Positions 1 through 7,518 of a DNA stretch of 64,000 bases are shown one piece after another. Below the pieces are notes generated by a model, which was given only the letters and a program-made list of their open reading frames with translations, was not told the DNA's origin and made no database searches. The stretch's first letter is position 1; each line of letters starts with the position of its first letter. Source of the DNA: Acidobacteriota bacterium. GTDB lineage: Bacteria > Acidobacteriota > Blastocatellia > Pyrinomonadales > Pyrinomonadaceae. The translations under genes and the position numbers were made by a program. The DNA is taken from NCBI GenBank assembly GCA_019239425.1, contig JAFAZX010000093.1, positions 2,932 through 66,931 on the forward strand, read 5' to 3'.

Positions 1-1119
1 CAGACGCCTGAACAGGTCGTCCGACTCCCTCTTCGCGCGCTGCCGTACGCCAGCATCGACTCTGTTCCCAGCGCTGACGACCTCGTTCGCCAGATACCAG
101 TTCTCGATGAAGCTCTTGACCTGATTCTTGTTGAACGGCTGGACTTCGACCACGTTCGCGCGTTCCAGCGGGGCATCCTGATAACCCTGTGGGCGTGAGG
201 TGACGACGAAACGGCACCGCGGGTAGTTGCGCAACTGCCGATCTACCCAATGCGATATCGTCTGTCTGTCGCGGGCCTGCGCCACCTCGTCGAGGCCGTC
301 GAGTAGCACCATACACTTTCCCTGTCGAAGCTGGCGCTCGAACCAGTTCGGCGGCGGTTTCAGTTCAGGATAGCGCTCGCCGGAGAAGTACCGCGCGGTC
401 AGTTCTCCGAGCGAGATCGACGGCCGCTCTGTGATGGCCGCCGCATGGTTGCGTAGGAAGAGCAGGATTGGGAAGTAGGCGCGCACCCCGTGGCGCCGCT
501 GCTGATTCGAGGCGAGTGTCGTAGCCACGTGCTGTAAAAGGGTAGTCTTGCCGCACCCCGGCGGGCCTACTATCGAGAGTGCGATGGCGTCTCCCGACTG
601 GTCTTTGCTCGCCCGAACGAAATCCCAGATGCTCCGCGCCCCCTCGAAAGCTTGGGCCGCTATTGGGTCAAGGTTGAACTTATTAGGGTTCTCGGACGGT
701 GAAATCTTCAACTCTACGAAAACCTGATCTAGCTTGAGCGTGAACGTGCTAATCAGCCCAAGCCCACGTACGTTGAAGACCTCGTGGTCGATGATGACCT
801 GCTTGGCGTAACGACCTGCAAACGCGGGTGTGAATTTGCTCGGGGCGGCCCGCAGCCACGTAGCCGTGACCTTTAAGGCGTCCTTCTCAAACTCTTCGCT
901 CCACAGTTTCCCGATAAAACGCGAGACAGCGCCACCGAGGAGGATTATGAGGGCCGCCGTCTCGAAGAGTAGAACGAGCAGCACGACGAGCTTCGGGTGC
1001 GCGTGAATCCAGTCCGAGCGATACCAGTATGCCGTGCTAAGGCCACCCACAAGAATGAGTTGGGATAGTGGGATACCCAACTTTTGGAGTCTCTCTATCA
1101 ACCCCAATCCTTTTTCCAT
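1..1119 (-). CDS. NACHT/STAND-type P-loop NTPase, N-terminal part (3-prime end runs off the window)
   Basis: Minus-strand ORF with ATG at 1119, open to nt 1 (373 codons). It is missing from the ORF track because no stop lies in the window. My translation begins MEKGLGLIERLQKLGIPLSQLILVGG, with two hydrophobic helices. It then shows Walker A GPPGCGKTT (nt 541-567), Walker B-like CMVLLDGLDE and RFVVTSRPQGY, the NACHT pattern. GC and GC3 are visibly lower than in neighbouring genes. Confidence 0.7.
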   Translation of the reverse strand, partial: MEKGLGLIERLQKLGIPLSQLILVGGLSTAYWYRSDWIHAHPKLVVLLVLLFETAALIILLGGAVSRFIGKLWSEEFEKDALKVTATWLRAAPSKFTPAFAGRYAKQVIIDHEVFNVRGLGLISTFTLKLDQVFVELKISPSENPNKFNLDPIAAQAFEGARSIWDFVRASKDQSGDAIALSIVGPPGCGKTTLLQHVATTLASNQQRRHGVRAYFPILLFLRNHAAAITERPSISLGELTARYFSGERYPELKPPPNWFERQLRQGKCMVLLDGLDEVAQARDRQTISHWVDRQLRNYPRCRFVVTSRPQGYQDAPLERANVVEVQPFNKNQVKSFIENWYLANEVVSAGNRVDAGVRQRAKRESDDLFRRL

Positions 1120-1199
1120 TTTTTCCAGCATGTGAGACACCTACGGGATGCAGTCTTCTAGAAATGACTACCAAGGACGCCAGCCGATCGCCTTCTCAC

Positions 1200-1553
1200 T
1201 TAGAGGAGTTCCCTAATCTTTTCGGTCGGACGGCCGAGCACCGCGCGCGCCCCGCGCTCGACGATTGGGCGCTGGATGAGTTCTGGATTCTCGGCCATCA
1301 GGCGGATCAGCTCGTCCTCCGAAACCTCTCGCTGGCCGAGCCCGAGTTCCCTGTAGACGGCCTCGCTCGTGCGCAGAAGCTCGCGCGGCCCAATGCCCAT
1401 CTTCCCTATCAGCTCGCGCAGCTTCGCCTCGCCGATGGGTTCAAGGTAGTAGTTGACCTTCTCGTAATCGTACCCGCCCTCACGGAGCAGTTTGTCGGCC
1501 TCGCGGCACTTCGTTCAGGTCGGCTTCTCGTAGACCGTGATTCTGTCGTCCAT
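1200..1553 (-). CDS. ArsC/Spx/YffB-family thioredoxin-fold protein with in-frame TGA (candidate selenocysteine) at the catalytic Cys position
   Basis: ATG at 1553 follows a GGGGAAGGA Shine-Dalgarno. The frame reads MDDRITVYEKPT, then TGA (1517-1515), then TKCREADKLLREGGYDYEKV. It continues in frame into track ORF 1200..1400 (...ENPELIQRPIVERG...). Total 118 codons, the usual ArsC-family size. The TGA aligns with Cys12 of plasmid R773 ArsC (ITIYHNPACGTSRN). Confidence 0.65.
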
Positions 1554-1565
1554 GTCCTTCCCCCT

Positions 1566-2846
1566 TTATGGAAATATCCCGCGCACGCGGGTCGCCTCGG
1601 CCACGCGGCCGATGGCGACGATGTAGGCGCCGGTGCGCATGTCCGTGCGGAAGCGCTCGGCCGCGGCGTAGACGCCCGCGAAGGCCGTGCGCATCGTCTG
1701 CTCCAGAGTCTCGCGCACGCGGTCTTCCGTCCAGAAGTAGCTGTACTGATCCTGCACCCACTCGTAATAGCTGACCGTGACGCCGCCCGCGTTGGCGAGG
1801 ATGTCCGGCAGGAGGAAGACGCCGCGGTCGAAGAGGATGCGGTCGGCGCCGGGCGTGACGGGGCCGTTCGCCAGTTCCGCGACGACGCGCGCGCGCACGT
1901 TCTCGACGTTGGCGAGCGTGATGCCGTTCTCAAGCGCCGCCGGGAGCAGCACGTCGCACTCGACCTCGAACACCTCGTCGCGGCCGATGGGCTGCGTGTT
2001 CGGCAGGTCTTCGACGGTGCCGGTCTCTGCCTTGTGCCTGAGCGCGGCCTGCACGCCGATGCCGTGCTCGTTGAAGACGCCCGCGCGCGAGTCGGCGATG
2101 GCGACGACGCGCGCGCCGTCCTCGCTTGAGACGAGACGCGCGAAGTTGGCGCCCGCGTTGCCGAAGCCGTGGATGGCGATCCGCGCGTCCCTCAAATTTA
2201 TCCCGCGCACGCGGCAGGCCTCGCGCACGGCGTAGAGGCAGCCGCGCGCCGTCGCCTCGCCGCGCCCCTGCGAGCCGCCGAGGGCGATGGGCTTGCCCGT
2301 CACGACGCCCAGCTCCGTGTGGCCGCGCACCATCGAGATGGTGTCCATGATCCAGGCCATCGTCTGCTCGTCGGTGTAGACGTCGGGCGCGGGGATGTCC
2401 CGGTCGGGGCCGATGATGGGCGCGATCTCGAAGGCGTAGCGCCGGGTCAGGCGTTCGAGCTCGCCCTGCGACATCGACTTCGGGTCGCAGACGACGCCGC
2501 CCTTCCCCCCGCCGTAAGGGATGCCGACGGTCGCGCACTTCCACGTCATCCAGGAGGCGAGCGCCTTCACCTCGTCGAGCGTCACGCCCGGGTGGAAGCG
2601 GATGCCGCCCTTGGCGGGGCCGCGCGCGACGTTGTGCTGCACGCGGTAGCCCTCGAAGACGCGCACGTGGCCCTCGTCCATCTTGACGGGGATCGAGACG
2701 ACGAGCTGCCGCTTGGCGTGCTTCAAGACCTGACGCATCGAATCGTCGAGGTCGAGGTAGTTGGCGGCGGCGTCGAACTGCTGCTGCGCGATCTTGAAGG
2801 GGTTGAGTTCCTCCGCGGGTTTGGCCTGCGCGGTCTGTAGGCTCAT
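1566..2846 (-). CDS. gdhA: NAD(P)-dependent glutamate dehydrogenase
   Basis: Track ORF 1566..2894. KGGIRFHPGVTLDEVKALASWMTWKCATVGIPYGGGKGG matches the Glu/Leu/Phe/Val dehydrogenase active-site region. I moved the start to ATG 2846 (MSLQTAQ...), which has an AGAGGA SD. Confidence 0.9.
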   Translation of the reverse strand: MSLQTAQAKPAEELNPFKIAQQQFDAAANYLDLDDSMRQVLKHAKRQLVVSIPVKMDEGHVRVFEGYRVQHNVARGPAKGGIRFHPGVTLDEVKALASWMTWKCATVGIPYGGGKGGVVCDPKSMSQGELERLTRRYAFEIAPIIGPDRDIPAPDVYTDEQTMAWIMDTISMVRGHTELGVVTGKPIALGGSQGRGEATARGCLYAVREACRVRGINLRDARIAIHGFGNAGANFARLVSSEDGARVVAIADSRAGVFNEHGIGVQAALRHKAETGTVEDLPNTQPIGRDEVFEVECDVLLPAALENGITLANVENVRARVVAELANGPVTPGADRILFDRGVFLLPDILANAGGVTVSYYEWVQDQYSYFWTEDRVRETLEQTMRTAFAGVYAAAERFRTDMRTGAYIVAIGRVAEATRVRGIFP

Positions 2847-2897
2847 AAGGGTTCGTCCTCTCTGTTGAGAATTACCCCCCCCTCTGCTCGCCATGAA

Positions 2898-2992
2898 GAT
2901 TGATTCATTGTGTCATCGGTTCATTGATTCAGTTGAAAACCCGGTCGGTCTTCTTTAATGAATAAATGAACCGATGACACAATGAATCAATC
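2898..2992. repeat. Intergenic hairpin element (28-bp perfect inverted repeat, 39-nt loop)
   Basis: Left arm gattgattcattgtgtcatcggttcatt (2898-2925). Its exact reverse complement is at 2965-2992. It lies between the EncFtn stop and the gdhA start. Confidence 0.9.
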
Positions 2993-2994
2993 CC

Positions 2995-3303
2995 TCACTC
3001 TTCCGCCTTCTCTTCTATCCCAAGGATGTCGCCTTCGGTGAAGAGGTACGTGCGCATGTGTTTGTCGAAGACGGGGTTGCCGCGGCGCAGGTATTCGAGG
3101 GCCATCATGGCGTGCTCGATCTCCTCGTCGCGGTTGTGCGCGAGGATGCGGCGGAGCTGCTCGTCCTTCGTCACCTCGACCCGCTGGTTGTACCAGTCCA
3201 CCGCCTCCAGCTCCTCCTGCAGAGACTTCAAAGCCCTCGAAAAGTTGAGCGTCTCTTCGCTCATCTGCCCGTAGCTCTCGTGCCACTCGCTGCTCGTCGC
3301 CAT
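2995..3303 (-). CDS. Encapsulated-ferritin-like (EncFtn family) ferritin-like protein
   Basis: 102 aa. LQEELEAVDWYNQRVEVTKDEQLRRILAHNRDEEIEHAMMALEYLRR...HMRTYLFTEG closely matches, from memory, Rhodospirillum rubrum EncFtn (MEELEAVDWYDQRV...ILAHNRDEEKEHAAMTLEWLRR...HLRTYLFTEG). Confidence 0.75.
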   Translation of the reverse strand: MATSSEWHESYGQMSEETLNFSRALKSLQEELEAVDWYNQRVEVTKDEQLRRILAHNRDEEIEHAMMALEYLRRGNPVFDKHMRTYLFTEGDILGIEEKAEE

Positions 3304-3457
3304 GCCACTCGCCCCCTTCTCTGTTTTGAATCGTGACCATCCTATGAATTCAAAGTTGAAAGTTCAAGGACTTTCTGGAACCGACACCGCGGCGCGGTTT
3401 CTAAGTTGGTGCGTCCCGCTCGACCCGCTGGCACCGGCGCGATGGAGGACACCGAAG

Positions 3458-4282
3458 ATGTTCAGCAACCTGATCGAGTCGGGGTCGCACGCGGCCGACC
3501 TCAAGCGCAGGGGCAGATTCTTTCTCGCCACCACACTCTTCTACGGACTGCTGCTCGCGGTGACGGGCGTCGGCAGCATCTACGCGTATAACGCGAAGTT
3601 GGACTACGACCCCGAATACGAGCTGGTCTCGCTGATGCGCTTCCCGCCCGCGGAGGCGCGCGAGCCGGAGGCGCGCCGCGAAGAGCGCCGCGCCGCTTCG
3701 AGCCCTTCGCGCCAGAACCAGATCGCCGTGCGCACCGAGATTTCGACGCAGACGCCCTACCACACCGACCGCGTCGCCAGCATCGACACGCCCCAAGTCG
3801 GCCCGCGTCAGGCCGTCGCCATCGGCAAATACAACTTCACGCCCGAGCCGGGCGGCGGCCCCATCGGCCCGACCAGCCTCGGCCCCGCACACGGCGGCGG
3901 CACCACGGGGCCGGCCGTGACCGAGCCGGTCGAGCCGCCTCCGCCCGCGCCGCCGGCGCCGCCGAAGGCTCAGCCGACGCCGCAACAGCCGACCGGGCCG
4001 GTCAGGGTTCCCTCCTCGATCCTGACGGGCAAGACGGTCGAGAAGCCCGCGCCGCCGTACCCGCCCATCGCGAAGGCCGCGGGCGTGCAGGGGACGGTCG
4101 CCGTGCAGATCGTCATCGACGAGCAGGGCAAGGTCATCTCCGCGAAGGCTGCGAGCGGACACCCGCTCCTCCTGAACGCGGCCGTGCAGGCGGCCTACCG
4201 CGCGCGCTTCACGCCGACCATCCTCGGCGGCCAGCCCGTGAAGGTGACCGGGAGCATCACGTACAACTTCGTCCTCAACTGA
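3458..4282 (+). CDS. TonB-family energy-transducer protein
   Basis: Track ORF 3302..4282. Start moved to ATG 3458, 8 nt after GGAGGA. N-terminal TM helix, a Pro-rich linker (PPPAPPAPPKAQP), and a TonB C-terminal domain (PPYPPIAKAAGVQGTVAVQIVIDEQGKV...). Confidence 0.75.
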   Translation: MFSNLIESGSHAADLKRRGRFFLATTLFYGLLLAVTGVGSIYAYNAKLDYDPEYELVSLMRFPPAEAREPEARREERRAASSPSRQNQIAVRTEISTQTPYHTDRVASIDTPQVGPRQAVAIGKYNFTPEPGGGPIGPTSLGPAHGGGTTGPAVTEPVEPPPPAPPAPPKAQPTPQQPTGPVRVPSSILTGKTVEKPAPPYPPIAKAAGVQGTVAVQIVIDEQGKVISAKAASGHPLLLNAAVQAAYRARFTPTILGGQPVKVTGSITYNFVLN

Positions 4283-4349
4283 TTACCGACGAGAGTCACG
4301 ACCGTTCACTTCAACACGCCTTAAGTCACACCACCTCGCCCCACACCGA

Positions 4350-4392
4350 AGGCACGCGCGCCGGGCCTCTTCGACACTCGGCGCGCGTGCCT
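4350..4392 (+). terminator. GC-rich stem-loop downstream of the TonB-like gene (possible terminator, no adjacent U-tract)
   Basis: aggcacgcgcgccg (4350-4363) pairs with cggcgcgcgtgcct (4379-4392). An A8 run follows 13 nt later, but there is no U-run directly after the stem. Confidence 0.35.
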
Positions 4393-4552
4393 CACGCCCT
4401 CCTAAAAAAAATTCACCCGGCCGGAACTTAAAAGCGCGGCCTCGCGTTAATGAACCCGATGACAGGTTCCGGGCAGTAAGGGAGCCGAGGTCGAAGGGAC
4501 GCCCCGCGCGGGGCGGCAACGCAATCATACGTATCATTCAAGGAGAGGTGTG

Positions 4553-4849
4553 ATGAAGAGACTTCAACAGGCCATCATGAGCTTCGGCATCGTCGCAGTC
4601 ATCGTCGCGGGTTCTTCCAACGTCTTCGCCAAGTCCGACTCGTCGAAGGAGCGCTCCATCAGCGGCTCCATCGTCCGCATCGACCGCAGCACGCGCACCA
4701 TCACCGTCCGCGAGCAGTTCACCAAACAGGAGATTCAGGTCAGGGTTCCCGCCGACACCGTGCTCCGCACGAACCTCGCCGGACTCCCCGCCGCCAGCTT
4801 CGAGCAGTTGCTCGTCGGCGCGTACATCTCCAACGCGCGCGTGCAGTAA
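4553..4849 (+). CDS. Small secreted hypothetical protein
   Basis: AAGGAGAGG SD lies 5-6 nt before ATG 4553. Signal-peptide-like N-terminus (MKRLQQAIMSFGIVAVIVAGSSNVFA). High GC3. A hairpin follows. Confidence 0.55.
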   Translation: MKRLQQAIMSFGIVAVIVAGSSNVFAKSDSSKERSISGSIVRIDRSTRTITVREQFTKQEIQVRVPADTVLRTNLAGLPAASFEQLLVGAYISNARVQ

Positions 4850-4875
4850 CTTCAACCCGAACTCAACTACACGAG

Positions 4876-4914
4876 GACGCCGAACCGAAGAAGAAGGGAC
4901 TTCGGTTCGGCGTC
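4876..4914. terminator. Bidirectional intrinsic-terminator-like hairpin between convergent genes
   Basis: gacgccgaaccgaa (4876-4889) pairs with ttcggttcggcgtc (4901-4914), followed by cttcttcc. It sits between the 4553..4849 (+) gene and alr (-). Confidence 0.55.
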
Positions 4915-4934
4915 CTTCTTCCATCTACTAACAT

Positions 4935-6083
4935 TCAACTTCGTACGTGGCGGCGCGGGACGCGTGCGCTGATGCCGCAGGTGATTTCGTAGGAGAGCGT
5001 GCCGGCCGTCCGCGCGAGGTCTTCGGCCGGGAGCCGTTGTTCACCGTCCGCGCCGAGCAGCGTCACGCGGTCGCCGACGCGCACGCCCTCCACGCCCGTC
5101 ACGTCCAAAAGCGTCAAGTCCATCGAGACGCGGCCGACGACCGGGACGTACTGGCCCCTGACGATGACGCGGCCGCGGTTCGACAGGGCGCGCATGTAGC
5201 CGTCGGCGTAGCCCGCGGGCACGGTCGCCACCGTCATCTCGCTCGCGGCCTCGTAGGTGCAGCCGTAACCTAAGGTCTCGCCCGCGTGCACACGCTTCAG
5301 CAGCGTGACGTGCGTGCGCAGCGACATGACGGGGCGCAGCTCGGGCGCGTCGTCGAGCGGCGGCAGCACGTCGCGCCAGAGTCCGTAGAGCACGCCCCCG
5401 GGCCGAACCATGTTGCCGCGCGTCTCGGGGTGCGCGAACGTGGCGGCCGAGTTCGCCATGTGCTCGTAGGTCGGATTGAACCCGCGCGCCTTGATGGCCG
5501 CGACCGCCTCGCGGAAGCGCCCGAGCTGTTCGGTCGTGAAGCAGTCGCGGCGCGGCTCGTCGGCCGCGGCGAAGTGCGTCATCAGGCCGTCGACGCGGAC
5601 GTGCCCGAACGAGCGCAGGCGCTCGGCGAACTCCGCGGCCTCGTCGTAGCGCACGCCGAGCCGGCCCATGCCCGTGTCTACCTTCAAGTGCACGTCCGCG
5701 ACGACGCCCGCGGCGCGCGCGGCCGCGTCGATGGCCTCGGCCATGTCGAGCCGGCAGACGACGGGCACGAGGCCTTCGGCGACGCACGCCTCGGCCTGCC
5801 CCTGCCAGAAGCCCCCGAAGCTCAGGACGGGCCGCGTGATGCCGGCGCGGCGCAGCGCCAGGCCCTCCTCCGGCGTCGCGACGCCGAACCAGTCCGCGCC
5901 CTCCGCTTCGAGGCGGCGCGCACACTCGGCGGCGCCGTGGCCGTACGCGTCGGCCTTCACCACGCCCATCACACGCACGCCCGGCCCGACGCGCTCGCGC
6001 ACCGCGCGGAAGTTCCAGGCCAGCGCGTCCAGATCGACCTCGGCCCACGTCGGCCGCCCGCCCTTCAGAACGGAATCGTCCAT
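4935..6083 (-). CDS. alr: Alanine racemase
   Basis: VVKADAYGHGAAECA matches the PLP-lysine motif, and the length is right. Start moved to ATG 6083 (MDDSVLKGGRPTWAEVDL...). Confidence 0.9.
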   Translation of the reverse strand: MDDSVLKGGRPTWAEVDLDALAWNFRAVRERVGPGVRVMGVVKADAYGHGAAECARRLEAEGADWFGVATPEEGLALRRAGITRPVLSFGGFWQGQAEACVAEGLVPVVCRLDMAEAIDAAARAAGVVADVHLKVDTGMGRLGVRYDEAAEFAERLRSFGHVRVDGLMTHFAAADEPRRDCFTTEQLGRFREAVAAIKARGFNPTYEHMANSAATFAHPETRGNMVRPGGVLYGLWRDVLPPLDDAPELRPVMSLRTHVTLLKRVHAGETLGYGCTYEAASEMTVATVPAGYADGYMRALSNRGRVIVRGQYVPVVGRVSMDLTLLDVTGVEGVRVGDRVTLLGADGEQRLPAEDLARTAGTLSYEITCGISARVPRRHVRS

Positions 6084-6163
6084 GAAAGCCCCGTCACACA
6101 ATCTGTTGTTGAGAAGATCGCGTCTTGCAGTCTCGCACAAACCTTAGCCCGACTGCTATAGCG

Positions 6164-6252
6164 GTCAGAACCGCCTGCGGTAGCGGGCGGCCCTTTGCAG
6201 ACCGGGCGCGCCGAGTTGCAAAGGGCCGCCCGCTACCGCAGGCGGTTCTGAC
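6164..6252. repeat. 36-bp perfect inverted repeat (17-nt loop) in a divergent intergenic region
   Basis: gtcagaaccgcctgcggtagcgggcggccctttgca (6164-6199), with its exact reverse complement at 6217-6252. It lies upstream of both alr (-) and the SRPBCC gene (+). Confidence 0.9.
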
Positions 6253-6396
6253 CTGATTACTCATCATTCTCGTAAAGGTATTGCAACCGGATGCTGATAC
6301 GTTGAAGACATCTTTATCAGAAATGTACGGGACGGTACGTCGCGGGCGTGTGCGCGCCCGCCGGCCGTGTAATCCGCAAACAAGGGGGACTCACAA

Positions 6397-7494
6397 ATGG
6401 TGATTGGAACGAAGAGACAACAGGAGGCGACGGGGCAGCAGGCAGAGGCTTCGGGGCAGTCTCAGCAGGCGTCGCCCGAACTCGTCATCAAGGACGGGCT
6501 GACGGGGCCGGAGGCGCCCGTCAACGGCCGCGAGTTCGGCAGTGGCGTGCGGCAGAGTCTGGTCAAGAAGTACGTGAACGAGGAGCAGTTGGCGCGCGGG
6601 CTGGGCTGGTTCAGCATCGGCCTCGGCCTGGCGGAGCTTCTGGCGCCGCGCGGCGTGGCGAAGGTCGCGGGGATGCGCGGCAACACCGCTTTGATACGCC
6701 TGTTCGGCCTGCGCGAGATCGCGAGCGGCATCGCCATCTTCGCGGGCGGGCGGCGGCCGGCCGGGCCGGTCTGGTCGAGGGTGGTCGGCGACGCGCTCGA
6801 TTTGGCGTGCCTCGGCGCGGCCTACGCCACGCCCGAGAACGACAAGGCGCGGCTCACCTTCGCGACGGCGAACGTGCTGGCCGTGACGGCGCTCGACGTG
6901 CTCTGCGCGCAGCAGCTCAGCGCCGACGACGACGGGGCGAACGGGGAAAGGGGGAGAGTGCCCGTGAACAAGAGCATCATCATCAACGCCGCGCCCGAAG
7001 AGGTCTACTCGTACTGGCGCGACTTCGAGAATCTGCCGCGCTTCATGCGCTACCTCGAATCGGTGACGGTGACGGGCGAGGGGCGCTCGCACTGGGTGGC
7101 GAAGGCGCCGGGCGGCAGCGTCGAGTGGGACGCCGAGATGACGGAGGACGTGCCGAACCAGCGCATCTCTTGGCGCTCACTCGAAGGCTCGGAGGTCGAG
7201 ACTTCGGGCACGGTGCGGTTCGAGCCCGCGGTCGGCGGGCGCGGCACGGTGCTGCACGTCACGCTCGACTTCAACCCGCCGGGCGGGGCCGTCGGCGCGC
7301 TCTTCGCGAAGCTCTGGGGCGAAGACCCGGACGGCGAGATGCAGACAGACCTGCGCCGCTTCAAGCAGATCGTCGAGTTGGGCGAGATCGTCGTCTCCGA
7401 CGGCACCCTGACCGGCGAGGGCTACACCGAGCAGAGGCCGGCGCAGCCGCTCGGCGTCGGCTACGGCGCGGCCGCGGGGCAGCTTCAGAAGTAG
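6397..7494 (+). CDS. SRPBCC (cyclase/dehydrase-like) domain protein with N-terminal membrane region
   Basis: AAGGGGGA SD 7 nt upstream. The C-terminal half (VNKSIIINAAPEEVYSYWRDFENLPRFMRYLESV...ISWRSLEGSEVETSGTVRF) looks like the polyketide-cyclase/SRPBCC fold family. Confidence 0.65.
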   Translation: MVIGTKRQQEATGQQAEASGQSQQASPELVIKDGLTGPEAPVNGREFGSGVRQSLVKKYVNEEQLARGLGWFSIGLGLAELLAPRGVAKVAGMRGNTALIRLFGLREIASGIAIFAGGRRPAGPVWSRVVGDALDLACLGAAYATPENDKARLTFATANVLAVTALDVLCAQQLSADDDGANGERGRVPVNKSIIINAAPEEVYSYWRDFENLPRFMRYLESVTVTGEGRSHWVAKAPGGSVEWDAEMTEDVPNQRISWRSLEGSEVETSGTVRFEPAVGGRGTVLHVTLDFNPPGGAVGALFAKLWGEDPDGEMQTDLRRFKQIVELGEIVVSDGTLTGEGYTEQRPAQPLGVGYGAAAGQLQK

Positions 7495-7518
7495 GGACAA
7501 GGAATAAGGGGGACTTTG

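Noticed and set aside
1068-2129. Long plus-strand ORF (353 aa), together with many other Arg/Ala/Gly-rich ORFs in the track (e.g. 5041..6048, 8806..9546, 22488..23435, 28222..29610, 43136..44092, 50805..52436).
   Set aside because: They are antisense to, or out of frame with, genes that have clear family signatures (gdhA, alr, the GT, BamD-like, pruA, the HEAT protein, groEL). Long spurious ORFs are expected in GC-rich DNA, and their low-complexity R/A/G/P composition fits that.
2846-4282. An encapsulin shell gene next to the EncFtn homologue.
   Set aside because: The flanking genes are clearly gdhA and a TonB-family protein. No ORF with an HK97-like or linocin-like sequence is present within the window.
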